From Porphyridium purpureum (Eukaryota), in assembly GCA_008690995.1 (NCBI GenBank), contig VRMN01000011.1, positions 372,001 to 436,000 on the forward strand: a DNA stretch of 64,000 bases, given 5' to 3'. Within the stretch, counting starts at the first letter, position 1. Every line of letters starts with the position of its first letter. Shown here one piece after another: positions 54,034 through 64,000 of this stretch. Made by a program: the position numbers and the translations under genes. Under the pieces are notes generated by a model. The model was given only the letters and a program-made list of their open reading frames with translations, ran no database searches and was not told the origin of the DNA.

Positions 54034-54744
54034 TCATGCTTTTACAGCTTTCAGAGCGTCTTCGATCGCCCGTCGAATCTCATCCCTTGGTGTGGTCAGG
54101 TCGAAGCGGTTGATGGGAAGGCCCTTGTGGTCGAATAAAAGTTGCGTTTCAAAGTTCCACAAAATTTCCGGCTCCCCGAATGCAGCAAATCCCATATTGA
54201 AGGGCTGCGACGTCACCAGATCAATTTGCTTCCACATGATCTTGAACTTGACATTGTACTCGTTGCGCATCGTATCTTCTACATGCTGCGGGGAGCCGCT
54301 TTCGCGCTGTCCGTACCAGTTACTTGGGAACGCGATAATTTCAAACCCGCGCGCGCCATACGCGTCGTACAGCTCATTGAAGAACGAGAACCATTCGTTC
54401 GAGAACTTATCCTCGGTGGCCGTGTTGACAATGAGCACGACTTTTCCCTTCAATGCCGCGAAATCAAATGGCTTGGCCTGGATATCACGCAGCCCCTTCA
54501 CATCATGTAAGCTGTCCGGCAGCTCCACTTTGGTATACGCCGTGGGCCCGTATTCGCCGCGCAACGTCTTGGCCATGTGCACCACATTTGCGCGCGCATG
54601 ACGCACTCGCTGCGTCGGTCTCCACGCACAGCGAGGCAGCGCGGAAGCGGCATGAGCGATTCCGCGGCCATTTGAGCATGATGGACAAAGTGCGCTCCAC
54701 GCCATCACCTCACGACTTCCATGACCCGCTCTCACCTCGTCCAT
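54034..54744 (-). CDS. Glutathione peroxidase-like protein without the catalytic Cys; probable plastid transit peptide; start 54744 or 54705
   Basis: LKGKVVLIVNTATED, GFEIIAFPSNWYG and ILWNFE match the three GPX signature regions. Confidence 0.8.
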   Translation of the reverse strand: MDEVRAGHGSREVMAWSALCPSCSNGRGIAHAASALPRCAWRPTQRVRHARANVVHMAKTLRGEYGPTAYTKVELPDSLHDVKGLRDIQAKPFDFAALKGKVVLIVNTATEDKFSNEWFSFFNELYDAYGARGFEIIAFPSNWYGQRESGSPQHVEDTMRNEYNVKFKIMWKQIDLVTSQPFNMGFAAFGEPEILWNFETQLLFDHKGLPINRFDLTTPRDEIRRAIEDALKAVKA

Positions 54745-55035
54745 CTTGCTTCACCATGCGTTGCCACTCCCGACGTCGACCGGCACATGCGTTCGCCCCG
54801 CCGAGTAACAAAGTCGCGGAAATTACTTGCAAAATTACGCTGGTAGTATCTTGCCTCTGTAATCACACTTTTTTATTTGCTCCGGGTCTTTGCGTGTCAT
54901 CTTTGTGCTGCAGTGGACGAGCAGATACTGGACAGAGAGATACAACTGGAGAAGACTCGGCGTCCATCAACCGTAAAAAGACAGACGACGAGCATTCAGC
55001 CAATATACAGACACGGCTTGAGTGTCGAAACAGCC

Positions 55036-56244
55036 TTAAATGATCTGGTCTGGGAAAACCATGTCGTTCGGGACATAGTACACACACTCAATTTCCTCCA
55101 CGCAAGCTGGAGGAAGCAGGCACAGCCTCTCGACCGGCGAGCACGGAATGGTGCCAGCAGGGTCTGGCAGGTACATCAAAAACACATCGCCGCCACACTG
55201 TGATGTCATCTCAATGGAAATGCACTCAAGATCAACCTCGCAGTCGAGCGACGACGCCAGGTCGGTGAAGGTTCGCAGCATCCCGTTGAAGAAGAAGCGG
55301 GTAAAGTCGACGCCTTCCACGCCCAGTTCACCGTTAGCGCCCGTCGCGGTGTTCACGCGGCTGAAAATGCCACGGTCACTGTCCTGCGAAATCAAGTTCC
55401 CGAGCGACCCGAATGCAAGCTGGTCGGCGGTGGCGAATCCAGTCAGAGCCGTGCCCGGTGGATCAGCGTGAATAAGCCTGTACGAGAAATCGTCATGCAG
55501 CCCACTTGGGAAGATTTCGAAAAAGTACTTGAATCCGCCGCCTGTTCCCACGCTCGACGCATAAAGCCTGCGGTCGCATTGGATGGCCAGATCACCGGCG
55601 CGATATGTAAATGGAAGTGGTGCCATAGGCGCGTTCGGGTCGCTCGTCACATTGCGCCACTGTTCAATTGCCCTTACCTGCCGAACATTCGCCGTGGCAC
55701 GGTCCAAGGTCACGAGCTTCATTCGCAGCCTACCTTCTGGCTGCTGCCGCCCCTCCCTCAGGTAAATAAACTCATAAGACAGCTGGTCGAAGCCCGCGCC
55801 ACTGATCTTGTTCTCGACTAGGTCTGAGACGAAAAGAATGTTCTTGCCGATCAGGTTGTAGTAGCATAGCCTTGCCATGGTGTCACCCATGTCGTCCCAA
55901 GCCACAAAGAAAAGTCGAGCCTGTCCGTCATATGCCAACGCATTGGGGGCAAACAAGTTGAAGGTCCCAATCATGGGATTCAAACCGTTGGCATATCCGT
56001 AGCAATTATACGGAAAGTCAAGCGCTTGCTCCTGCTCGAGCATGCTCATATTCGCCACCAATGAAATCGAGGGCATAGACGCAGTGGAGTTGATCTGAAA
56101 GAACGACTTGTCATTCACACGCTGCTCCACTGCATAAATTGTACCCAAGCCGGTCATTGGCGAGCCTTGGGCGAATGCCCGATGCTGCAGACAGGCGCTA
56201 AGCACCACGAGCAAAAGCACCAGAGATCCGATACTCTTCACCAT
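55036..56244 (-). CDS. Secreted hypothetical protein (signal peptide, beta-rich core, Cys-rich C-terminus)
   Basis: MVKSIGSLVLLLVVLSACLQHRAFA signal peptide; NALAYD, GDLAI and DQLAF blade-like motifs; N-glycosylation sequons. Confidence 0.75.
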   Translation of the reverse strand: MVKSIGSLVLLLVVLSACLQHRAFAQGSPMTGLGTIYAVEQRVNDKSFFQINSTASMPSISLVANMSMLEQEQALDFPYNCYGYANGLNPMIGTFNLFAPNALAYDGQARLFFVAWDDMGDTMARLCYYNLIGKNILFVSDLVENKISGAGFDQLSYEFIYLREGRQQPEGRLRMKLVTLDRATANVRQVRAIEQWRNVTSDPNAPMAPLPFTYRAGDLAIQCDRRLYASSVGTGGGFKYFFEIFPSGLHDDFSYRLIHADPPGTALTGFATADQLAFGSLGNLISQDSDRGIFSRVNTATGANGELGVEGVDFTRFFFNGMLRTFTDLASSLDCEVDLECISIEMTSQCGGDVFLMYLPDPAGTIPCSPVERLCLLPPACVEEIECVYYVPNDMVFPDQII

Positions 56245-58228
56245 TATGTCAAGTTCTCACGTGCGGCCCACTTGCTTTTCTTCCGAGCGGTGCAATCCAC
56301 CACTGCAGCACTGTCACTCGATGTGTACGACTCTTTCTCTTGATGATGCCCTGTTCACCGTCCTCCGACACATGTCTCACCATCTGGCGGGCCATCTTCG
56401 GCAGTATATATACCCGCAGACGCCGGGACGTCGCCGTCGGAATAACACCGCGGAGTAGTGGAGGCCGACGCCATTCAGGACGCGCAACCGGCTTTGGTCA
56501 ACTTGGTCAAACCCCGGCGCCTACGCATGGCTGGCATCGCGAGACCTCGAGACTAAATTCGTAAACATGTGGACTCCGTGCAACATGTTCCACAGCGACA
56601 AATAAGCGCCGCGCATGAGCCTGTGCGTCAATGTAGGATCCATGCAAATGAAAATGTGAGGACACTTACTTTCTTCCATCTTCCAGAGCCGTCGTCTTTG
56701 ACGCTGAACCGCCGAGCAATATCATCCAGGCCTTTCGTCCGCGGCCACAAACACACAGTTAGAGCGCCACGCAACCATCGCATCCGCCTGCCAGCTCTGA
56801 ACCAGCCTTTGGGGTTACAGAGAGGCTTCATTGGGTCATGAGTAATGTAAGTCCAGAAACGTCACCGTGCAGCTTTGATTCAACGCACGCCGCGAGAATA
56901 AAATCGTCGTCACCATCGCCGCTCCGTGTCGCGGCGTGTGGAAACAGAGCATGCACCAACGAAAGCGCTGGTTTCGGGAATGCGACGAGATTGTGACCCG
57001 AGCACGCCGCGCGCGCGCGAATAAACTTTGAGTTTGCGTGATAGAGCTTACATGCATGCTCACCGACGGCGCTCAGTTTTCGGTGACATAACCCGCTGGA
57101 TGAAATTTTGGCGGATCCCTCGCTTTACTACTGTTTGTGAACGTGCATCTGTAGGACCACCATCATCATTCGCCAGGTCCCACGCGCGGCCCATGGACCT
57201 GTTTGATGATGGCGGAGAGTCGTCGTCGCTTGTTGCTTGGCTGTTGCGTGCGGCTCAATTGGGTCGCAGCGCCCCGGCTGAACGCATGTATGGCATGCGA
57301 ACGCGCCAGAATAAGTGGAAACCATGCTGCAAGCCAGAGTTCGCTGCTGCAAGGACCTTCCGTCCTCCTTTCTCGTGCTGTGCGAGTTCTGCACCTAGCG
57401 CGCCGCGGTAGGTACCCATCACTGTAGAACTAGTACGCGCCACAAATGTAAGTCGCTGTTGACGTGGAGAAGCGTCATTCCAGAGTACAATCCACATCCA
57501 AGAACCCCACTCGACAGAAACACGCCAACTGGCTTCCTGAAACAAGCGACATCATTATCGTTATACATCCAAGGTGACGCACTATACGGCTGCGGTTCTA
57601 GGTCCTCAGCGCACGCACACAACCTGTTCGGACATCTCGCACTGCCAATGCGAGGCGCCAATCCCACGCCAGCTTCTCACACACTGGTTGAACGTGCAAC
57701 TTATCCAACTAGCTCTGCCTCCTTACCCACCACCCACCATGGCCGCGCAGTGCGTCATATGTCATGCGCAAGCTGTGTGGATAATCTTTCCGACGCTCAG
57801 CTTGTCCCGTCTTCTGCCCATCTCCACCAACCACCTTATTGCCGGTGCCGCGGTTTCCGGTTCTGCGGTTAACTGGCAGTCGTAAACCGATCCGCGGCTG
57901 TGCACGCAATTCAGTGTAGCCGGCTCGTCGCTGGACTTGCGGCGGACTGTACCTGTATGTAAACGACACCGTTTCGTGGGATCGATGTGGTCGCATTCAA
58001 AACGCCACAAAGTAGAAAACCTAAATAAGAACCACCAAAACACGCTCTCTGTGCCAAGCGCCAACCAAGAAGAAACAAAAACGGTTGTGGGTGTGTGTGG
58101 GTGGGCTGTGCGTGTGTGTGAGGGTGAAGAGAGAGGCGGTCTTGTGCGTCCGTTGGTTGAGAGGGGCAGACGGGGAGGGAGCGAGGGAGAGGGTGGGTGA
58201 AGGGAGGGGTGGGAGAGCAGGGAGCAAG

Positions 58229-58867
58229 ATGCCGGCGCCAGGGTATGCTGCCATAGGCGAGGGGAGCGCAATGGAGGGCGTGTATCAGTATGGCGATGAG
58301 GGCAAGGCCGCCCCCGCCGCGGGCGGCTACCAGAGCATGCCGGGCAACGTCAAGGACGCGGTGTCGGCCATGATGAAGGACGTCAAGATTTACACAGAGC
58401 CAATCCAGCCCGGCTCGGAGATGTCCCTGAAGGACCGCGTCGTCGTGGTTTGGGAGTCGGCGCGCCCGTGGGGCGAGTTCTTTCGCCCCTCCGCCATGAA
58501 TAAGCCGCCCGCGGGAGAAATGGGCGCGCGCTTCAGCCACAATGTGGAGACGTTCTTTTACAACTACGTCCTGCTGGCCGTGCTGTTTCTCGTCAGCATG
58601 TTCTTCATCCATCCAATCGCTACACTCTCGCTCTGTGTGTGTGGTGCGTTCGCCGTGTACGCGTATGTGCTCCACCCAGAACCGATTGAAATTGGTGGGC
58701 GCGTGCTCGAGACACCGGCAAAACATATTGCAATGGCCGTTCTGGCCGGCATCGCGCTGCTGTTTGGTCACATGGGCGGCCTCATTGTGTCGCTCGCGGT
58801 ATTCCTCATGGTGGTCGTCGGCTTGCACGCTGTATTCCGCGATCATGCCGAGGAGCCCCAGGTGTAA
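58229..58867 (+). CDS. PRA1: PRA1 family (prenylated Rab acceptor) protein
   Basis: ARPWGEFF, RFSHNVETFFYNY and VGLHAVFR; hydrophobic hairpins. Confidence 0.92.
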   Translation: MPAPGYAAIGEGSAMEGVYQYGDEGKAAPAAGGYQSMPGNVKDAVSAMMKDVKIYTEPIQPGSEMSLKDRVVVVWESARPWGEFFRPSAMNKPPAGEMGARFSHNVETFFYNYVLLAVLFLVSMFFIHPIATLSLCVCGAFAVYAYVLHPEPIEIGGRVLETPAKHIAMAVLAGIALLFGHMGGLIVSLAVFLMVVVGLHAVFRDHAEEPQV

Positions 58868-59177
58868 GTGGTCCTGCGCAGGGCGGCAAGGGAAGAAACG
58901 GGGGTTGAGTCTTCTATTCTAGTGCCTTTTAGATGAAGGCTCGTCCAGCAGCAGTGCAAAGTACGGCAGACTGCGTGTAAAGCACAATAGTCCATGTTAG
59001 CGCGATCCGCGTTGAGCGGCTACACTAAAAACGAGGAAGAAGCAGTGTATCCTGAAATGTTCAAAATGAGTGCGGGCTGGACAATCTTCTGCTTTTGTAG
59101 AATCCTGCATCAAGGTCTGACGAGGCTGTCTTTAGTATTCACACTCTACTCAATTCCCAGTCTGCTTGGCGCTGAGC

Positions 59178-61421
59178 TTAAAATTGTGCAGCAATCCAGT
59201 TCGCGTCTTGTGGATTATCCGGCCAGAGAGAGCCGCTGGTCATCAGCTCAGAGACGCTTTGCATGAGGTTGTATATTTCCTGGTCGCTGAACACGCTCAG
59301 AAAGTACGGCAAGAGGTGCTCTTCTTCCTTTTCCATGTGCTCCTCATGCACAGCAGCAAAGCTTGAGATCTGGAGAAACAAGTCGGCTGCGTTTGACGCG
59401 TTCACCGAGTTCATGGTCTCCAGGATCTGTGTTAGGTGGTGACTTTGCTTGTAGTGGTCGTACGTGTACGATTCTGCGACGCCTGGTACGCGGCGTGTGA
59501 GTGCAGGAAACAGCAAAGAGTCCTCCACGTGCGCATGGCGCGCCACAGATTCTGTAAACTCATAGTACACCGAGCGAAGATCCATGACGGCCTCGTCCGA
59601 CATGCTCGCGACCACGTTGGACGCTGCGTCGGTGAAGGCATTTAGCAAAGTACGCAGCTCGCTGTGCATCCCAATGTAATACTCACCAAAGCTGGCCTTC
59701 ACTGCACTTTGCGCCTGCTGCCGCACAGTTGCGTTCACATCGATTGCGTTGTTATTTCCGCTGCTTCCGGCCCATATTGTGGGACCCCTTCCGTCTGTGG
59801 TGTCCATCATGCGCGAACCTTCGTTGGCTAAGGCTGCATTTTCACATCCACGCTGCTGCGCCAGTGTGTCTCCGCCACCGCTCGAGTCAGCATCATCCTC
59901 AGAATCTTCCAGCATTTCGCGGCCACGGTACGACGGCAGGTTCTGCGGCAAGGTAGGTTCCTGCATAATATCGGAATCTATCTGGAAGGATGAGCGGGTT
60001 TGCGTCTTGGGTGTTGCCAGCATGTTTGCAACAGAGGGCAAGCTGCCGGCGCCGTGCAAGCTTCCGTCTGTCATTCGGCGCTCGTACCCAGCACCAGTGA
60101 TACCCGGGTCCATGATGACTGGCACAACGTATTTCTGCTGCCCTCCCGACTGATGCGGGGACATATTGTGGAAGCCCGCGAGATCACGATTTGCGTACTC
60201 AAGCGCGTAGATTTTGCAGTACACGTCAATGAGCAAGGACAGGTTTGTGGTCGCAATGAAGTGGCTCGGCAGCAGTTTGCTGTCAGACACGAAGCCGAGC
60301 GACGGCGACTTCACGCAGTTCATGTGCTCCACAAGCCAGCGCATGGCTTCGGGTGGGATACCGAGATCTGCTCGAAAAGTAAACATCCACGAGGTGAGAT
60401 ACTCGCCATCGCCCACGATGCCACTTGACTCGTCGAGCTCTGAGGCGGACTCGTGCAAGCCGCCGCGCGAGCGATGCGGGAAACCACACGCTGCCAGAAG
60501 CCGCCGCAGCGTTGTTTCGTCCTCTATCGGATACTTTTGGCAGTCGCGCATGATTTGGATCACGTTGCTAAATCGTGTCGCCAGCAGGATCGGATGACGC
60601 GACTTGAATCGGATGTTCGGCGCTTGGAAGTAACGCATGAGACCCAGCCACGAGTTGTCAATCACTTCTGTAAGTGTGGTGCCCGAATTGTGATCATTCA
60701 CCTTTTTCACAAATGTTTTTGTGAAGAGCTCGGGCGAGAAAACGTCGTACGCCAGCTCAAACCCGCCGTCGTCCGTTGTCTCAAAGCCGCCCACCTTTTT
60801 CCGCTTCTTGTCCGCGTCTTTCCGCGAGTATACTGAAAAGCCCGTGCTCATCGCACTGGCGACCACTTCTGGGCGCCCCGAGTCAGACCGCCGCGACAGC
60901 AAACTCGCCGCAATGTGGAAACGCTTGCCGCCGTGCGTGTTGGATGTGCCCAGCAACCGCAGACGCGCAAAGCGACACTGTCCGTCCATCACGGGTTGTG
61001 CATCTACGAACGGCTTTCCGTCTGGGCCAACCAAACCCACATCCACGAGCTCCTTTGCGTGCGACCCGGCACACACGACATTGAGACGCACCTCGAGCGC
61101 AACGCCAGCCGGCACGGACGGGCATGTGACGTGTATTGTGATCTCGGGCAACCGCCATGTCTTGTGCCAGCGCCACTCTTGCTTCTCAATATCCCACGTG
61201 AGGGGACGATCTAAAAGCACGCTCATGTTGAGCCCCTGAGGCCAGTTTGCGACGCACTGCATCATGTTCCCGCCTTCCCACTGCCCGACCAGCATGGCGC
61301 TGCACTTTTCCCACGTAAATGGGTGCGCCGCGTACGCCGCGGCCACGTCGTCCCCCAGCATCCCCTCTCCTTTCGGGTGCATCAAATCCCGCCCGTGAGA
61401 CACGGGCTCATGCTTCTCCAT
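59178..61421 (-). CDS. Putative transcription regulator: N-terminal beta-rich domain, NLS and C-terminal hemerythrin (HHE) domain
   Basis: MHSELR, RHAHVEDSLLFPAL, YDH and EEHMEKEEEHLLP hemerythrin ligands; KKRKK NLS; FARLRLLGTSNTHGGKRFHI...STGFSVYSRK. Confidence 0.8.
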   Translation of the reverse strand: MEKHEPVSHGRDLMHPKGEGMLGDDVAAAYAAHPFTWEKCSAMLVGQWEGGNMMQCVANWPQGLNMSVLLDRPLTWDIEKQEWRWHKTWRLPEITIHVTCPSVPAGVALEVRLNVVCAGSHAKELVDVGLVGPDGKPFVDAQPVMDGQCRFARLRLLGTSNTHGGKRFHIAASLLSRRSDSGRPEVVASAMSTGFSVYSRKDADKKRKKVGGFETTDDGGFELAYDVFSPELFTKTFVKKVNDHNSGTTLTEVIDNSWLGLMRYFQAPNIRFKSRHPILLATRFSNVIQIMRDCQKYPIEDETTLRRLLAACGFPHRSRGGLHESASELDESSGIVGDGEYLTSWMFTFRADLGIPPEAMRWLVEHMNCVKSPSLGFVSDSKLLPSHFIATTNLSLLIDVYCKIYALEYANRDLAGFHNMSPHQSGGQQKYVVPVIMDPGITGAGYERRMTDGSLHGAGSLPSVANMLATPKTQTRSSFQIDSDIMQEPTLPQNLPSYRGREMLEDSEDDADSSGGGDTLAQQRGCENAALANEGSRMMDTTDGRGPTIWAGSSGNNNAIDVNATVRQQAQSAVKASFGEYYIGMHSELRTLLNAFTDAASNVVASMSDEAVMDLRSVYYEFTESVARHAHVEDSLLFPALTRRVPGVAESYTYDHYKQSHHLTQILETMNSVNASNAADLFLQISSFAAVHEEHMEKEEEHLLPYFLSVFSDQEIYNLMQSVSELMTSGSLWPDNPQDANWIAAQF

Positions 61422-64000
61422 TCAACAGCTTCCACCTCGATGCGCGCGCGTCGCCTTCCTCGCACCCACCATATCCGACGCCTGCTCGACACCAACCGAA
61501 CTCCACCGCGCACGCCCGTGTCACTCCGCACGCCAACCGGACCAAGCGCCACCGCCGATTCCACCCACCACGAGCATACGGCTCCACGCAGCACACACGA
61601 GGAACCACACCCAGAACTATAAACAAGCCGCGCGCATCCACGAACCACAATCACGCCCGTCGCGCGCCGTCTTCATCCGAGCTCCCTCTCCTCTCTTCCT
61701 TCTCCCACCCACCTCCCCCGTCCCCGTTCTCATCCCCCGTCTCCTCCGCTTCCTTCCGCTCACCCCACCCGACGCGCGCTCGAACCCAATACCCCCCAAG
61801 ACCAACAAATCAACCGGACCGAGTCCAAAACATAATAGAACAGGCGCGTTTCATAGGAAACTGACTTTCGGCCATGCGGGTTGGCGTTCGACTGGTGTGC
61901 GCGCTTCAAGCACAGAGCAACACAGACGCCGATTTTCCTGTGGTTCTTTTTCTCGGTGTTCTGGGTTTTTCGTTTTTCCCCGTTTCCTCTTCTGCGCGGC
62001 TGCGTCTGGACGGGTCGCAGACAACTGGACTGTCTGCGCGGTGTTCTGTTCAGTTGAGCAAGAGTTCGAGCTGTACCGCGCGCGATCGAGCGTCAGAGAG
62101 CGTACTCTGCGCAGGTTCTGTGCGTGCACGCGTTGGCGGCAGCCAGGTGTCCATGAGCTGCCGGGTGCACGGCACGTCTTCTGAAGCGTGGGACGCACGC
62201 GTGCGGCGTGCTTCAGCGGTTCTCGCCGCCGCCGCCGCCGCCGGCGGTGGTTACGGAACACGCCCCGTTCTATCATGGTCAATCGGACGAGCAGGGCTGG
62301 GAGACCTTCGAGAGCGCGTTCAGAAACGACTTTTCGGCAAACCCGAGCAGTCTGGACGCGGTAGTAGGAGACTTCGGGTTCTCTTCTTCGGGATCTCTCG
62401 CAGTAAAGTTGATTAATGGGGCGCGCTCCAACACAGCAGAGTCTTACGAGTTTATAACGTCGTCCTCATCCTCTGCAAAGCTTCCGTTGCTCGCCCAAGT
62501 ATTGACAGCCATCCATTTACGTTGATATACACGACATGTGCAGCTGCTCGGTCCCGCTACCTAGACTCAGCTCTTTGTCCATTTCTTCTACAGGAACTAC
62601 GGATCAGCCTTCAAGCAAATGCCTCGCTTGATCCTCTTCGCGATTCCGATGCCGAAGCTACGGAACACTTGGCGCAAGACCACGTACATTTCCATGAAAC
62701 AGGAGCGAGTGGTTGCTTCTGTTCGAACCGCCAAGGATGACTTTGCTGGGTAGGCGACTTCAATACAAAGATTCGAGTTGTTGGCATGGATAGGTGCTGA
62801 GCTGGGGATACATGGCACCGTTGTTCATACGTGCGATGCGCAAGGCACGCCCCGTATGCTCGCGAATGTTTTTGGCATGCTCCCAACAATCCAGACAGGT
62901 TCATCACAATATTGCGCGCCGCGCCGCTGGCTACACCTTCGAAGCAATCGAATGAAGGAAAGCACCTGGCTTGTAGTCTTTCTCTCTTTTCCTCTGCGCA
63001 CAGTAAAGGCCATTAAAGTTCGCATGCTCGCGCTGCGCACGTCTGACGTTTCATGACAGCTATCGCATGGGCATGATGTAATTGAGCAGCTCCCGGCGCA
63101 TGCAAAAGACGCAAATCTTGTGTGACGAGTGGCATTTCTTCGGACCGCGTCAGATGAAAGATTGAGCGGCGGAGTTTTCGCGCCAAGCCTCGGACCATCA
63201 ACCAGAATCGCGCTCCGTGACTACATCATCTATTCCAGACCCATGCCGAGTCCCAGAGCTGCTTCATATGAACATTGAGCTGTAAGCCCTTGCGCGCACT
63301 CTCATTACGCCCGGTCTGGTTCTCATCCGTTCCACCTGTGACCGCAATGTCCCGTGTTAAAAGTCATGCGCTTGCCGCTTCTTGATGTTCAACGTCACGC
63401 CACCGACGCCTACTTGCAAAGTCACAACTCTGCTCGCCCAATCATTGTCGCCTTTTCATTCCTTCATCGCGGTGTCTAAACGTGGATGATGCGTAAATGA
63501 CATGTACATATGGTTTTGTACAACAGACCTCCCCGAAAATGCAAGCAAGAGAGTGCAGCGTACGCGTCCAAGTTGCCGAGCTTGCTTCGCACTCGTGTCA
63601 CTTTCATTGATCCAAAACGCCCACACTTCAGCCAGCCACTACCATTTCAATTCATACGAGCACAGCCATGAGCGCCGAATCAAGTTCCTTGTGCCAGGCT
63701 TCAAGCGGACCGCTTCCGGCGCTCGAATCATCCCAGTGACTTCTCGGCCTTGCGAAAGATTCTGCCAAGGAGAAGCCTGTCAAGCTGCTTCGAAATTATC
63801 TAGCAATCGAAGCAGACATTCTGAATTCCTCGCATGACTCCTCTCGAGCAAAAGCCCCGCTAGCTGGGAAGAGGGGCGATAGGCACATCGTCAAAGCCAA
63901 GCCCAGTTGCTGCGCTTTGCAGACGATCTTTCGGTCTTTCCGAGATCTCGTTTGTACTTGCTCACCACTCTCAGCGTAAGTGCCTCGAGGTCAACGAGCT

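Noticed and set aside
61500..64000. Short ORFs in the terminal 2.5 kb
   Set aside because: No recognisable domain or consistent coding pattern; probably regulatory or intergenic.
1..64000. CRISPR arrays, transposases, rRNA and tRNA genes
   Set aside because: I recognised no repeat-spacer structure, transposase or RT motifs, or structural RNA genes by eye.

Overview
Gene-dense, nearly intron-free, GC-rich eukaryotic nuclear DNA. The plastid-targeted genes, PBX-like TALE homeoboxes and a MED1-like gene suggest a unicellular red alga such as Porphyridium; this is inference. About 36 protein genes are supported, and only one spliceosomal intron is clearly visible. The main feature is a ~12 kb tandem array (17.1-28.9 kb) of seven TruB-family pseudouridine synthase paralogues, directly downstream of a PPR gene. 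One copy is canonical. Six have remodelled or broken active-site motifs and a shared organelle-type leader, and four of those carry acidic tails; one leader is split off by a frameshift in an A8 run. Other oddities: a COG5 gene with two in-frame TAG codons inside a polyQ tract, a putative DNA-binding domain fused to a BRUTUS-like hemerythrin (candidate Fe/O2-sensing transcription factor), a tandem pair of PBX-like TALE homeobox genes, a glutathione peroxidase homologue without its catalytic Cys, an ARF-like GTPase without the catalytic Gln, a plastid DHH-CBS protein and a bacterial-looking SDR. All family calls come from motif recognition by eye; no database search was run.
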